From: Dermatophilaceae bacterium
GTDB lineage: Bacteria; Actinomycetota; Actinomycetes; Actinomycetales; Dermatophilaceae
Assembly: GCA_037045055.1 (NCBI GenBank)
Contig: JBAOHJ010000001.1
Span: forward strand, 60,176-124,175
Length of the DNA stretch: 64,000 nucleotides
Direction of reading: 5' to 3'
Positions 40,051 to 49,196 of the stretch are shown piece after piece. The notes beneath the pieces are model-generated. The model searched no databases, was not told where the DNA came from, and saw nothing but the letters and a program-made list of their open reading frames with translations. The position numbers and the translations under genes were made by a program. Each line of letters begins with the position of its first letter. Positions within the stretch are counted from its first letter, which is position 1.

Positions 40051-40485
40051 GTGGCGGGCATGGCGATGCAGCAGCGGCTGTCCTGTCTCACCCTCGGCGT
40101 GGCCGACCTGCCTCGAGCGGTCGCGTTCTACGAGGCGCTGGGGTGGCGCGGGGAGGTGGGCGAGGACGTCGCGTTCTTCCAGGCCGGCGGCCTGGTGCTG
40201 GCCTTGTGGTCGCGCGCGAGGCTCGCCGAGGACAGCGCGGTGGTCGACTCGGGCGGGTGGGGCGGCGTCACGCTGGCCTACAACACCCGGGACGAGGGCG
40301 AGGTGGACGCGGTCCTCGCGGCGGCGGTGTCCGCCGGGGCGCGGCTGGGGCGGCCCGGGGCGCGGACCTTCTGGGGCGGCTACTCCGGGGTGTTCCTCGA
40401 CCCGGACGGCCATCCCTGGGAGGTGGCGCACAACCCGGCGTGGTCCGTCACCGACGACGGGCGCACCCTGCTGGGCGGCGGGTAG
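40051..40485 (+). CDS. VOC-family (glyoxalase/bleomycin-resistance fold) protein
   Basis: 144 aa. Contains the pattern FYEALGW ... GYSGVFLDPDGHPWEVAHNP. Confidence 0.8.
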   Translation: MAGMAMQQRLSCLTLGVADLPRAVAFYEALGWRGEVGEDVAFFQAGGLVLALWSRARLAEDSAVVDSGGWGGVTLAYNTRDEGEVDAVLAAAVSAGARLGRPGARTFWGGYSGVFLDPDGHPWEVAHNPAWSVTDDGRTLLGGG

Positions 40486-40604
40486 GGGCACCGGGCCGCC
40501 CCGCGAGGGCAGCAGCGGCCGGCGGACGCCCCGGTGTCGCCGATCAGCCCGGGACCTGTGGACGAGAGCAGCGGGCCGGCGCCGACCGCGGGCACGATGG
40601 CGGG

Positions 40605-42080
40605 GTGCTGCCGCCGATCGGTCCCCTGCCCGTGGTCGCCGGGTATGCCGTGTCCCACCTGATCGGCCACGGAGCGACGAGCACGGTGTGGGCGGCCACC
40701 GACGACGACACCGGCGAGGCCGTCGCGGTGAAGATCACCGACCCGGCGATGGACCGGGCCGCCGACGTGCTGGCCATCGCCGCGCGGGAGAGCGCGGTGC
40801 TGGAGCGCGTGCCGCACGAGCACGTGATCCGGCTGCGCCGGGCCTTCGCCCGGCCCGACGGGTCGGTGGCGATCGTCATGGACCGTGCCGAGGGCGGGAG
40901 CCTGGCGGACCTGGTCGCCGCGCGCGGGCGGCTCACCGACGGGGAGGTCGCCACCGTGCTCACTCCGCTGGCCGGTGTCCTGGCGGCGCTGCACCGCGCG
41001 GGGGTCGTCCACGGCGACCTGTCGCCGCGCAACGTCCTGTTCACCGCCGCGGGCAAGCCGCTGCTGGCCGACTTCGCCACCGCCCGGGCGGTCGGCGAGA
41101 GCGACGCGCCGCTGCCGGCCGGGACGCCGGGCTTCCTGCCACCCGAGCGCGCCGCCGGCGACGTGGCGACCGAGGCCGGCGACGTCTACGGTCTGGGCGC
41201 ACTGGCGTGGTTCGCCCTGACCGGCAGGCCGCTGTCGCCGGGATCGGCGCCCGACCCGGCGCACGCGGCGGGCCTGGTCGGCGCGGCATACGGGCCGGTG
41301 GTGACCGCCCTGCTCGACGCGGACCCCGACGCCCGCCCCGACCCTGCCCAGGCGGCGCAGCGCCTGTATGCCGCGGCCCCGCCGGTCCCGCTGCGTCTGG
41401 TGCCCCACGGCGAGGGGGACATCACCGTTGCCCTGACCCGACGCCTGCGGGCTCAGGCGGCGCTCGCCCCCGCCGGGCCTGCCGAGCGGCCGCCACGGCG
41501 GTGGGGTCGCCGGTCGCGGGGTCGGCATGCCGCGCCGGCGCCGCGCGGTGCGGCCGGCTCCCGAGGGCGCCTGCCGGCCGGGGGCGTCGGGCTGGGGCTC
41601 GTGGGCGTCGTGGTGGTGGCCGTCGCGGTGAGCACTGTCGCGTGGGTGCGCGGCACCGACGGCTCCGGCCCGGATCCGGTCGACCCCGCCCTGGTCGAGA
41701 TCACCGAGCACGCCGAGGGCGCGCTGGGGGGCCTGGTCGCCCAGCGGGCCCGGGCGTTGCAGGAGGCCGACCCGGCCGGCTTGCTGCGCGCGGAGGCCCC
41801 CGGCTCGCCCATCCACGAGCACGACGGTCGGCTCGTCGCCGCGCTGCTGTCCACCGGGCGCCGGTATGCCGCGGTGCGGTACACCATCCGGACCGTGCGG
41901 CCCGTCGAGGTGCACCCCCCGACGGCGACGTTGCTCGCCCAGATCGACACCCTGGCCTACGACGGCGCCGCGCCCACCGAGGCGGTTGCGGCCGTGTCGC
42001 CCACCCTGGGGGCGCCGGTGCTTGTCGAGGTGCGCCTCGTCGACGGGCGGTGGCTTCTGGCCGACGTGCGCGAGCCCTGA
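40605..42080 (+). CDS. Ser/Thr protein kinase with one TM helix and an extracytoplasmic C-terminal domain
   Basis: G-loop GHGATSTVW, Lys in AVAVKI, catalytic loop HGDLSPRNVL, DFA in place of DFG, and TM segment GLGLVGVVVVAVAV. The GTG start at 40605 is uncertain. Confidence 0.72.
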   Translation: MLPPIGPLPVVAGYAVSHLIGHGATSTVWAATDDDTGEAVAVKITDPAMDRAADVLAIAARESAVLERVPHEHVIRLRRAFARPDGSVAIVMDRAEGGSLADLVAARGRLTDGEVATVLTPLAGVLAALHRAGVVHGDLSPRNVLFTAAGKPLLADFATARAVGESDAPLPAGTPGFLPPERAAGDVATEAGDVYGLGALAWFALTGRPLSPGSAPDPAHAAGLVGAAYGPVVTALLDADPDARPDPAQAAQRLYAAAPPVPLRLVPHGEGDITVALTRRLRAQAALAPAGPAERPPRRWGRRSRGRHAAPAPRGAAGSRGRLPAGGVGLGLVGVVVVAVAVSTVAWVRGTDGSGPDPVDPALVEITEHAEGALGGLVAQRARALQEADPAGLLRAEAPGSPIHEHDGRLVAALLSTGRRYAAVRYTIRTVRPVEVHPPTATLLAQIDTLAYDGAAPTEAVAAVSPTLGAPVLVEVRLVDGRWLLADVREP

Positions 42081-42143
42081 GCACGGCCGCCGGGCCCGTG
42101 GACCCCAGGGTCGACGCGTCGGCGGCCGGCGGCGCCGGCCCGG

Positions 42144-43034
42144 TCAGGCGAGGGTGGCGGCGGCACCGGCCAGGGTCGAGTGCTCGAAGTCGAACCCACT
42201 GTCCCGCAGCCGGTCGGGCACCACCCGCAGGCTGCCCAGCACGTCCGTGGCGAACTCCCCGAGCGCCACCCGCAGGGCGAACGCCGGGGACGGCACGACG
42301 GCCGGCCGGTGCAGCACCCGGGCCAGGGCGGTGGCCACCTCCCGCTGTGGCCGGGGGTCGGGCCCGACGAGGTTGACCGGTCCACGGATCTCGGGGTGGT
42401 CGATCAGGTGTGCGTAACCGCGCACGGCGTCGGGCAACGTCACCCAGGACATGAACTGCCGCCCGGACCCCAGCGGCCCGGCCAGCCCGAGGCGCGTCAG
42501 CCGCACCAGCCGCGGGAACATCCCGCCTGCTGCCGACATGACCAGGCCGGTGCGGGCGTGGGCGACCGGCATACCGGCGTCGTGGGCGCTGGCCGGGGCC
42601 CCCTCCCAGGCCCGCACGACCTCGGCGAGGAACCCGTGGCCCGGGGCGCTGGTCTCGGTGAGGACCTCCTCGCCGCGGTCGGGGCCGTAGTAGCCGATGG
42701 CCGACGCGACGACGAGGCGCACCGGGCGGTCCTGGGCGGCCACCGCCCCCGCCACCGCTGTGGTGCCCTCGACCCTGGAGCGCAGGACGAGGTCCTTGTA
42801 TGCCGGCGTCCACCGCCGGTCGCCGACCCCGGCCCCGGCCAGGTGGACGACGGCGTCCACCCCGGTCAGCGCCGCCGGGTCCAGGCGGGCGGTCGAGGGA
42901 TCCCACGGGATCTCCTCCGGCGCCGACGGGGGATGCCGCACCAGCCGCACCACCTCGTCGCCGCGCGCGCGCAGGTATGCCGCGAGCGCGGTGCCGATGA
43001 ACCCCGACGCGCCGGTGACGGCGATGCGGGCCAT
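42144..43034 (-). CDS. Epimerase-family protein, TIGR01777/Rv2216-like (NAD-binding domain + DUF1731)
   Basis: N-terminal VTGASGFIGTAL. 296 aa. It occupies the same position next to the E2 gene as Rv2216 (from memory). Confidence 0.8.
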   Translation of the reverse strand: MARIAVTGASGFIGTALAAYLRARGDEVVRLVRHPPSAPEEIPWDPSTARLDPAALTGVDAVVHLAGAGVGDRRWTPAYKDLVLRSRVEGTTAVAGAVAAQDRPVRLVVASAIGYYGPDRGEEVLTETSAPGHGFLAEVVRAWEGAPASAHDAGMPVAHARTGLVMSAAGGMFPRLVRLTRLGLAGPLGSGRQFMSWVTLPDAVRGYAHLIDHPEIRGPVNLVGPDPRPQREVATALARVLHRPAVVPSPAFALRVALGEFATDVLGSLRVVPDRLRDSGFDFEHSTLAGAAATLA

Positions 43035-43059
43035 GGTGGCTCCTCCCTGGCCGGGCGTG

Positions 43060-44997
43060 CTATAGACCGAGATCGGCCTCGAAGCTGCCCTCCTCGAGGC
43101 GGGTCTTCATGGCCACGAGGAAGCGTGCGGCGTCGGCGCCGTCGACGATCCGGTGGTCGTAGGACAGGGCGAGCATCATGATCTGGCGGATCGCGATCGT
43201 CTCGCCCCCGTCGGCGTCGGTGACGACCACCGGCCGTTTGACCAGGGCGCCGGTGCCGAGAATGGCCACCTGCGGCTGGTTGATGATCGGGGTGTCGAAC
43301 AGCGCGCCCCGGCTGCCGGTGTTGGTGATGGTGAAGGTGCCGCCGGCCAGGTCGTCCGGGGTGATCTTGTTGCTGCGAGTGCGCTCGGCGACGTCGGCGA
43401 TGGCCCGGGCCAGACCGGCGATGTTGAGGTCGCCGGCGTTCTTCACGACCGGGACGATCAGGCCCTTGTCCGTGTCGACGGCGACGGAGAGGTTCTCCTG
43501 GCCGTGGTAGATGATCGAGTCGCCCTCGACGCTGGCGTTGACCATGGGGAAGGCCTTGAGCGCCTCGACGGACGCCAGCGCGAGGAACGGCAGGAAGCTG
43601 AGCTTGGTGCCCTCACGGGCCTCGAAGGCGGACTTGGAACGCGCCCGCAGCCGGGCCACCTTGGTCAGGTCCACCTCGACGACGGTGGTCAGCTGGGCGG
43701 ACACCTGCAGCGACTCGACCATCCGGGCGGCGATGACCTTGCGCAACCGGCTCATCTTCTCGGTGGTGCCGCGCTTGGGGGAGGCGCCGCCGCCCGGGGC
43801 ACCCCGGGGCGCGACCGGACCGGCCGCCGCGGCGTCCGGGGCCGCGGCGTCCGGGGCCGCCCCAGCCGTGACCGCCCCAGCCGTCGGGGTCGACGCAGGC
43901 GCCGCGGGCTGCGCGGCCCGGGAGGCCGCGTCGAGGATGTCCTGCTTGCGCACCCGCCCGCCGACGCCGGTGCCGGTGACGGTCGCGATGTCCACGCCGT
44001 GCTGGGCGGCGAGCTTGCGCACCAACGGGGTGACGTAGCCGCCGTCGACCTGCGGCGCGCCCGCGGGCGCCGAGGGGGGCGCCGCGGCGGGTGCGGGGGA
44101 GGCGGGTGCGGGGGAGGCGGGTGGCGGGGGCGGGGCCGCCGCGGGCGGTGCGGGGGAGGGCGCCGGTGCGGGGGAGGGTGCCGGTGCGGGCGGGGGTGCC
44201 GGTGCCGGGGAGGCGGGCGGCGGCGGGGCAGCGGCCGGTGCGGACGCCGCCGGGGTCGGGGCCGCCGCTGCGGCGGCGCCGATGACGGCCAACGAGGCGC
44301 CGACCGCGGCCGTCTCGTCCTCGCCGACGAGGATCGTGGTGAGCACGCCGGCGTACGGGGAGGGGATCTCGGTGTCGACCTTGTCGGTGGAGACCTCCAG
44401 CAGCGGCTCGTCGACCTCGACCCGGTCGCCTTCGGCCTTGAGCCAGCGCGTGACGGTGCCCTCGGTGACCGATTCGCCGAGCGCCGGCATGGTCACCGTC
44501 TGTCCCTCGGCCGCGGACTCGGCGGTCTGCGGGGTGATCGGCTGCTCCGCGGACGGCTGCCCGGGCACCGGTGCCGCGGCCTGCGCGGGGATCGGCTCGG
44601 CCTGCTCCTGCTCCGGGTCGGCCTGCACCGCCTGCGGCTCGGCCTGCTCCGCCTGCGGCTCGGCCTGCCCCGCCTGCGGCTCGGCCTGCTCCGCCTGCGG
44701 CTCGGCCTCGGCGGCAGGGGCCGGCTGCGCTGCTGATGCGGGCGCGCTCTCATCGGCGTCGCCGTCGCCGATGACCGCGAGATCGGCGCCGACCGCCGCG
44801 GTCTCGTCCTCGGCGACGAGGATCTCCAGCAGGGTCCCCGCGACGGGGGAGGGAATCTCGGTGTCGACCTTGTCGGTGGACACCTCGAGCAACGGCTCGT
44901 CGACCTCGACCCGCTCGCCGACCTGCTTGAGCCAGCGGGTGACCGTGCCCTCGGTGACGGACTCGCCCAGGGCCGGCATGGTCACTCGTTCGGGCAT
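43060..44997 (-). CDS. sucB: Dihydrolipoamide acyltransferase E2 (2-oxoacid dehydrogenase complex) with two lipoyl domains
   Basis: Two lipoyl-Lys motifs ([14 protein letters not shown], twice), Pro/Ala linkers, a peripheral subunit-binding domain ([14 protein letters not shown]) and a catalytic DHRIVDGA motif. Confidence 0.92.
   Translation of the reverse strand: MPERVTMPALGESVTEGTVTRWLKQVGERVEVDEPLLEVSTDKVDTEIPSPVAGTLLEILVAEDETAAVGADLAVIGDGDADESAPASAAQPAPAAEAEPQAEQAEPQAGQAEPQAEQAEPQAVQADPEQEQAEPIPAQAAAPVPGQPSAEQPITPQTAESAAEGQTVTMPALGESVTEGTVTRWLKAEGDRVEVDEPLLEVSTDKVDTEIPSPYAGVLTTILVGEDETAAVGASLAVIGAAAAAAPTPAASAPAAAPPPPASPAPAPPPAPAPSPAPAPSPAPPAAAPPPPPASPAPASPAPAAAPPSAPAGAPQVDGGYVTPLVRKLAAQHGVDIATVTGTGVGGRVRKQDILDAASRAAQPAAPASTPTAGAVTAGAAPDAAAPDAAAAGPVAPRGAPGGGASPKRGTTEKMSRLRKVIAARMVESLQVSAQLTTVVEVDLTKVARLRARSKSAFEAREGTKLSFLPFLALASVEALKAFPMVNASVEGDSIIYHGQENLSVAVDTDKGLIVPVVKNAGDLNIAGLARAIADVAERTRSNKITPDDLAGGTFTITNTGSRGALFDTPIINQPQVAILGTGALVKRPVVVTDADGGETIAIRQIMMLALSYDHRIVDGADAARFLVAMKTRLEEGSFEADLGL
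44629..44712. repeat. About four tandem 21-bp units (CGCCTGCGGCTCGGCCTGCTC) inside the first E2 linker
   Basis: They encode the heptad repeats [21 protein letters not shown]. Read directly. Confidence 0.8.
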
Positions 44998-45024
44998 CGG
45001 AACTCCTCGTCGGGTCGGGCAGGG

Positions 45025-46404
45025 TCACGCGTGGACGTGCAGGGGCTTGCCGGCCAGGGCGAGGTGGGCCTCGCCGAGGGCCTCGTTCTGCGTCGGGTGG
45101 GCGTGCAGGAACGGCGCGACATCCTCGGGCAGGGCCTCCCACCCGACGATGAGCGCGGCCTCGCCGACCTGCTCGCCCATCCGAGCACCGATCATATGAA
45201 CCCCGACCACCGGGCCGTCGCCGGCTCTGACCACCTTGACGAATCCCGCGGTGCGCAGGATCTGCGACCGACCGTTGCCGCCGAGGTTGTAGTCGAAGGT
45301 CTGCACCTGGTCGTGGACCTCGCGGGCCTGGGCCTCGGTGAGGCCGACGCTGGCGATCTCCGGGTCGCAGTAGGTCACGCGGGGGATGCCGGCGTCGCGC
45401 ACCGGCGTGGGGCTCAGTCCGGCGATGTCCTCGGCGACGAAGATCCCGTGGGCGAAGCCGCGGTGGGCCAGGGCCAGCCCGGGGACGAGGTCGCCCACGG
45501 CATACACGCCGTCGACGTTCGTGCGCAGGCGCTCGTCGGTGGGGACGTAGCCTCGCTCCACCCGCACCCCGGCCTCGACGTACCCGAGGCTCTCGCTCAC
45601 CGGCTCGCGTCCCACCGCGACGAGCAGCAGGTCGGCGCTGCGCGTCGACCCGTCGTCCAGGCTCACGGTGACCGACGTCTCGGTCTGCCTCGCCCCCGCG
45701 ACGCCCACCCCGGTGCGCACCGTGATCCCCCGTTTGCCGAAGGCCCGCTGCAACGCTGCCGAGATCGCCGGCTCCTCTGCGGCGACGAGCCGAGGCAGCG
45801 CCTCGACGATCGTCACCTCGGCACCGAACGAGCGCCACACCGACGCCAGCTCGACACCGATGACCCCGCCGCCGAGCACGACCACCGACTCGGGCAGCCA
45901 GGAGAGCCTCAGCAGCTCGTCGCTGGTGACGACGCGCCCGCCGATCGCCAGCCCGGGCAGCGACTTGGGCCGCGATCCGGTGGCGAGCACGACGTGCCGG
46001 CCGGTGAGCGTGCGGTCGCCGACCGTCACCGAGTGCGGGTCGGCGAGCCGGCCGGTGCCCTCGACGTAGTCGATGTCACTGCTGGCGACCAGGCCGCGCA
46101 GCCCGCTGTGCAGCCGGGCGACGACGCTGTCCTGGTAGGCGTGCACGGTGGCCAGGTCGATGGACTCGACGTGCGAGTTGACCCCGATGGCCGCCCCGTC
46201 CCGGGCCGCGTCGGCGACCTCCGCGACGTGCAGCAACGCCTTGGTGGGGATGCACCCGCGGTGCAGGCAGGTCCCGCCGAGCCGGTCGCGCTCCACCAGG
46301 GCCACCCGCAGGCCCAGGGCGGCGGACCGCAGGGCGCAGGCGTACCCGCCACTGCCGCCGCCGAGCACGACGACGTCGTAGTCGCGCTCGGCGTCAAGCG
46401 CCAC
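45025..46404 (-). CDS. lpdA: Dihydrolipoyl dehydrogenase (E3)
   Basis: FAD motif VVVLGGGSGGY and redox disulfide GGTCLHRGCIPTK. GTG start at 46402-46404, 7 nt after AAGGAG. Confidence 0.9.
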   Translation of the reverse strand: MALDAERDYDVVVLGGGSGGYACALRSAALGLRVALVERDRLGGTCLHRGCIPTKALLHVAEVADAARDGAAIGVNSHVESIDLATVHAYQDSVVARLHSGLRGLVASSDIDYVEGTGRLADPHSVTVGDRTLTGRHVVLATGSRPKSLPGLAIGGRVVTSDELLRLSWLPESVVVLGGGVIGVELASVWRSFGAEVTIVEALPRLVAAEEPAISAALQRAFGKRGITVRTGVGVAGARQTETSVTVSLDDGSTRSADLLLVAVGREPVSESLGYVEAGVRVERGYVPTDERLRTNVDGVYAVGDLVPGLALAHRGFAHGIFVAEDIAGLSPTPVRDAGIPRVTYCDPEIASVGLTEAQAREVHDQVQTFDYNLGGNGRSQILRTAGFVKVVRAGDGPVVGVHMIGARMGEQVGEAALIVGWEALPEDVAPFLHAHPTQNEALGEAHLALAGKPLHVHA

Positions 46405-46577
46405 GGTGCTCTCCTTCGTCACGAGACGTGGGTAAGGCATCTTGTCACTGGTCCCGGCCGATGTCACAAGCGTGCCTCACGGCCAACGCCAGCGCCCGAC
46501 CGGCCCTCGCGTCCTGGTGCATACCCGCAGGGTGCCCCGCCGACCCGCCGGATCGGCATAGGGTCTCGCTCGTGGGC

Positions 46578-46913
46578 ATGTTCGATCGATGGCGCCGTGG
46601 TCCACGCGACCCGGGGCGCCGCGACGGACCGAAGATGGCCGTCGACGTCGCCGCGGTGCGCGAGCACTTCCGTGCCTTCGCCGCGACCCGCCGAGGCGTC
46701 GAGGCCTACGTCGAGCCGGCGACCAACGTCACCGCGCCGAGCATGGTGCTCGTGGCCACCGACGGGGAGTGGACCCGCCGGGCCGTGGGCTCGCGCGCCG
46801 TGGGGTTCGAGCTGGCCCGGGACCTGGGCGTGCCGGTCTACGACGTCCTGCTCGTGGGCTACCCGAGCCGGATGCGCGAGTGGTCCTCGCGCCAGCGCCG
46901 CAAGGACCCCTGA
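46578..46913 (+). CDS. Conserved hypothetical protein (111 aa)
   Basis: MFDRWRRG... in the frame of ORF 46428..46913. High GC3. No recognisable motif. Confidence 0.45.
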   Translation: MFDRWRRGPRDPGRRDGPKMAVDVAAVREHFRAFAATRRGVEAYVEPATNVTAPSMVLVATDGEWTRRAVGSRAVGFELARDLGVPVYDVLLVGYPSRMREWSSRQRRKDP

Positions 46914-46998
46914 GCGGGCAACCCGGTGGCGGGCCGGCCCGGGGCAGTGGCAGGGTGGTGCGGGGCGAGCGCCCCGACCGAGCAGAGGGAGGCCGGCA

Positions 46999-47196
46999 AT
47001 GGCGGGCAAGAGCGGCAAGGCGCGCAGGGCGGCCGGTCCCTCCGAGGACGTCAAGGCGAAGTTCCGCCAGGCGCTGGAGCGCAAGCATGCCCACGGTGGC
47101 CGGGACGTGTCGGCCGAGGGCGAGGGCTCCAAGGTGCACGAGGCGCACGGCCCGGCCAGTGCCCAGCGGATGTTCCGCCGCAAGGCCGGGGGCTGA
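46999..47196 (+). CDS. Small basic protein, DUF5302-like (65 aa)
   Basis: MAGKSGKARRAAGPSEDVKAKFRQALERKHA..., after GGGAGG. This is the tail of the long ORF 45031..47196. Confidence 0.55.
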   Translation: MAGKSGKARRAAGPSEDVKAKFRQALERKHAHGGRDVSAEGEGSKVHEAHGPASAQRMFRRKAGG

Positions 47197-47279
47197 CCCC
47201 GAGCCGTCGCGATCGGCCGGCTCGCGGTGGCCCCGGTGCGGTCCTGGTGCCCGCCCCGAGGGATGGCTAGGTTGACGCC

Positions 47280-48380
47280 ATGACCGGCGCCCGGCACTCC
47301 CCGCTGCACGACCGTCACCTCGCCCTGGGGGCGAAGCTGGCCGACTTCGGCGGGTGGGAGATGCCGATCGAGTACCCGGGCGGCGGCGTCGTCGCCGAGC
47401 ACACCGCGGTGCGCGAGCGGGTCGGGGTGTTCGACGTGAGCCATCTGGGCAAGGCCACCGTGATCGGCCCGGGAGCCGTGGACTTCGTCAACTCCTGCTT
47501 CACCAACGACCTGCGCCGGATCGGGCCTGGGCAGGCGCAGTACACCCTGTGCTGCACCGACTCCGGGGGCGTCGTCGACGACCTCATCCAGTACCTGCGG
47601 GCCGAGGACGACGTGTTGCTCATCCCCAACGCGGCCAACACCGCCGAGGTGGTCCGCCTGATGCGGGCGGTGGCGCCCGCCGGTATCGAGGTGACCGACC
47701 GGCATACCGAGTATGCCGTGCTGGCCGTCCAGGGTCCGCGCTCCGACGAGGTGCTCGACGCCCTCGGGCTGCCCAGCGGCCACGACTACATGTCCTTCGC
47801 GACGGCCTCGTGGCAGGGCCGGGGGTTGACGGTATGCCGCACCGGCTACACCGGCGAGCGCGGCTACGAGCTGGTCCCGCTGGCGGCCGACGCCCCGGCG
47901 TTGTGGGATGCCATCCTCGAGGCGATGCGCCCGTGGGAGGGGCTGCCGTGCGGGCTGGGTGCCCGCGACACGCTACGCACCGAGATGGGGTACGCCCTGC
48001 ACGGGCAGGAGCTGTCCGTGGACGTCACCCCGGTGCAGGCCCGCCTGGGCTGGGCGGTCGGCTGGACCAAGGACTCCTTCTGGGGGGCCGACGCCTTGCG
48101 GGCCGAGCGGGCGGCCGGGGCCGCCCGACTGGCGACCGGGCTGGTGGTGACCGGGCGCGGCATACCGCGGGCGCACTGCGCGGTCACCCGCGGCGGCGCG
48201 ACGGTCGGGGAGGTGACCTCGGGGACGTTCTCCCCGACCCGGCGCCAGGGGATCGCGCTGGCGTTGCTGGACCGGTCGGTCGCCCCGGGCGACGAGGTCG
48301 TCATCGACGTGCGTGGCCGGGGGGTGGCGGCGACCGTGACCCCGCCGCCGTTCGTGCAGGTGCAGGTCCGGCAGGACTGA
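47280..48380 (+). CDS. gcvT: Glycine cleavage system aminomethyltransferase T
   Basis: [35 protein letters not shown] and [13 protein letters not shown]. Confidence 0.92.
   Translation: MTGARHSPLHDRHLALGAKLADFGGWEMPIEYPGGGVVAEHTAVRERVGVFDVSHLGKATVIGPGAVDFVNSCFTNDLRRIGPGQAQYTLCCTDSGGVVDDLIQYLRAEDDVLLIPNAANTAEVVRLMRAVAPAGIEVTDRHTEYAVLAVQGPRSDEVLDALGLPSGHDYMSFATASWQGRGLTVCRTGYTGERGYELVPLAADAPALWDAILEAMRPWEGLPCGLGARDTLRTEMGYALHGQELSVDVTPVQARLGWAVGWTKDSFWGADALRAERAAGAARLATGLVVTGRGIPRAHCAVTRGGATVGEVTSGTFSPTRRQGIALALLDRSVAPGDEVVIDVRGRGVAATVTPPPFVQVQVRQD
47700..47718. repeat. Back-to-back inverted copies of the abundant octamer: CGGCATAC-cga-GTATGCCG
   Basis: Read directly inside gcvT, where it encodes R-H-T-E-Y-A. 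Confidence 0.9.
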
Positions 48381-48386
48381 TCCGCA

Positions 48387-49196
48387 TCACCGTCCGGACG
48401 TCACCGACGCCGGCGGGTCGAACGCCACCGGCGCGTCGAACCCGGCCCGCCGCACCGCCCGGCGCAGGGTGGCCAGCACCGGCCGGCCGGCCACGAGGAC
48501 CAGGGCCGCGGTGAGCACGGCCCGCGGCAGGTCCCACCCGAGCGAGGTGGCCAGGTAGAACACGGCATACCGCCCGAGGTTGTCCGTGGCCGGAGCCCCG
48601 GGGACGAACCCGCCCCCGACCGGCGCCGCACCGGCGGCGAGGAACGGCCAGAACCACAGGTTCATCACCGCGCCGTAGCCGATGCCGGCGACGAGCCCGT
48701 ATGCCGCCAGCAGGGCGAGCTCGGCGCGGCCCCGGGCCCGCGGCAGGCAGGCCGCGCCCAGCCCCACCCATCCGGCGGCGATCATCTGGAACCCCAGCCA
48801 GGGCCCGATGCCGGCGGTGAGGAACGCCCCGCAGAGCATGGCGAGCGCCCCGAGCAGCAAGCCCATCCCGCGCCCCAGCACCCGTCCGCCGAGGACGAGC
48901 ACGACGAACAGCGGCTCCAGTCCGGCGGTGCCGGCGGACAGCACCCGCAGGGCGCCACCGACGGCGGCCAGGACCCCGAGCACGGCGACGCTCTTGGCGT
49001 CCAGGCCGCCGGCGGTCGCCTCGGCGAGCAGGACGAGGGCCAGCAGCCCGAGCACCGCCGCGAACAGCCACGGCAGGTTCTGCCCGCGGCCCGCGACCCC
49101 GGTCGTGGGCCCACCGACGAAGGGCCAGGCGAACGCCGCCACCCCGACGACGCTGGTGACGGCCAGCGACGCCGTCGCGGCCGGGCGCAGCCTCAC
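48387..49196 (-). CDS. ECF-transporter substrate-capture (S) component-like membrane protein
   Basis: 269-aa polytopic protein and last gene of the ECF operon. GTG start at 49194-49196 overlaps the ATPase stop (GTGA). Confidence 0.6.
   Translation of the reverse strand: MRLRPAATASLAVTSVVGVAAFAWPFVGGPTTGVAGRGQNLPWLFAAVLGLLALVLLAEATAGGLDAKSVAVLGVLAAVGGALRVLSAGTAGLEPLFVVLVLGGRVLGRGMGLLLGALAMLCGAFLTAGIGPWLGFQMIAAGWVGLGAACLPRARGRAELALLAAYGLVAGIGYGAVMNLWFWPFLAAGAAPVGGGFVPGAPATDNLGRYAVFYLATSLGWDLPRAVLTAALVLVAGRPVLATLRRAVRRAGFDAPVAFDPPASVTSGR

Noticed and set aside
47197-47279. Glycine riboswitch upstream of gcvT
   Set aside because: The leader is only 83 nt long, and I cannot find the conserved GGAGAG...CACCG...GGGCAA-type aptamer blocks.
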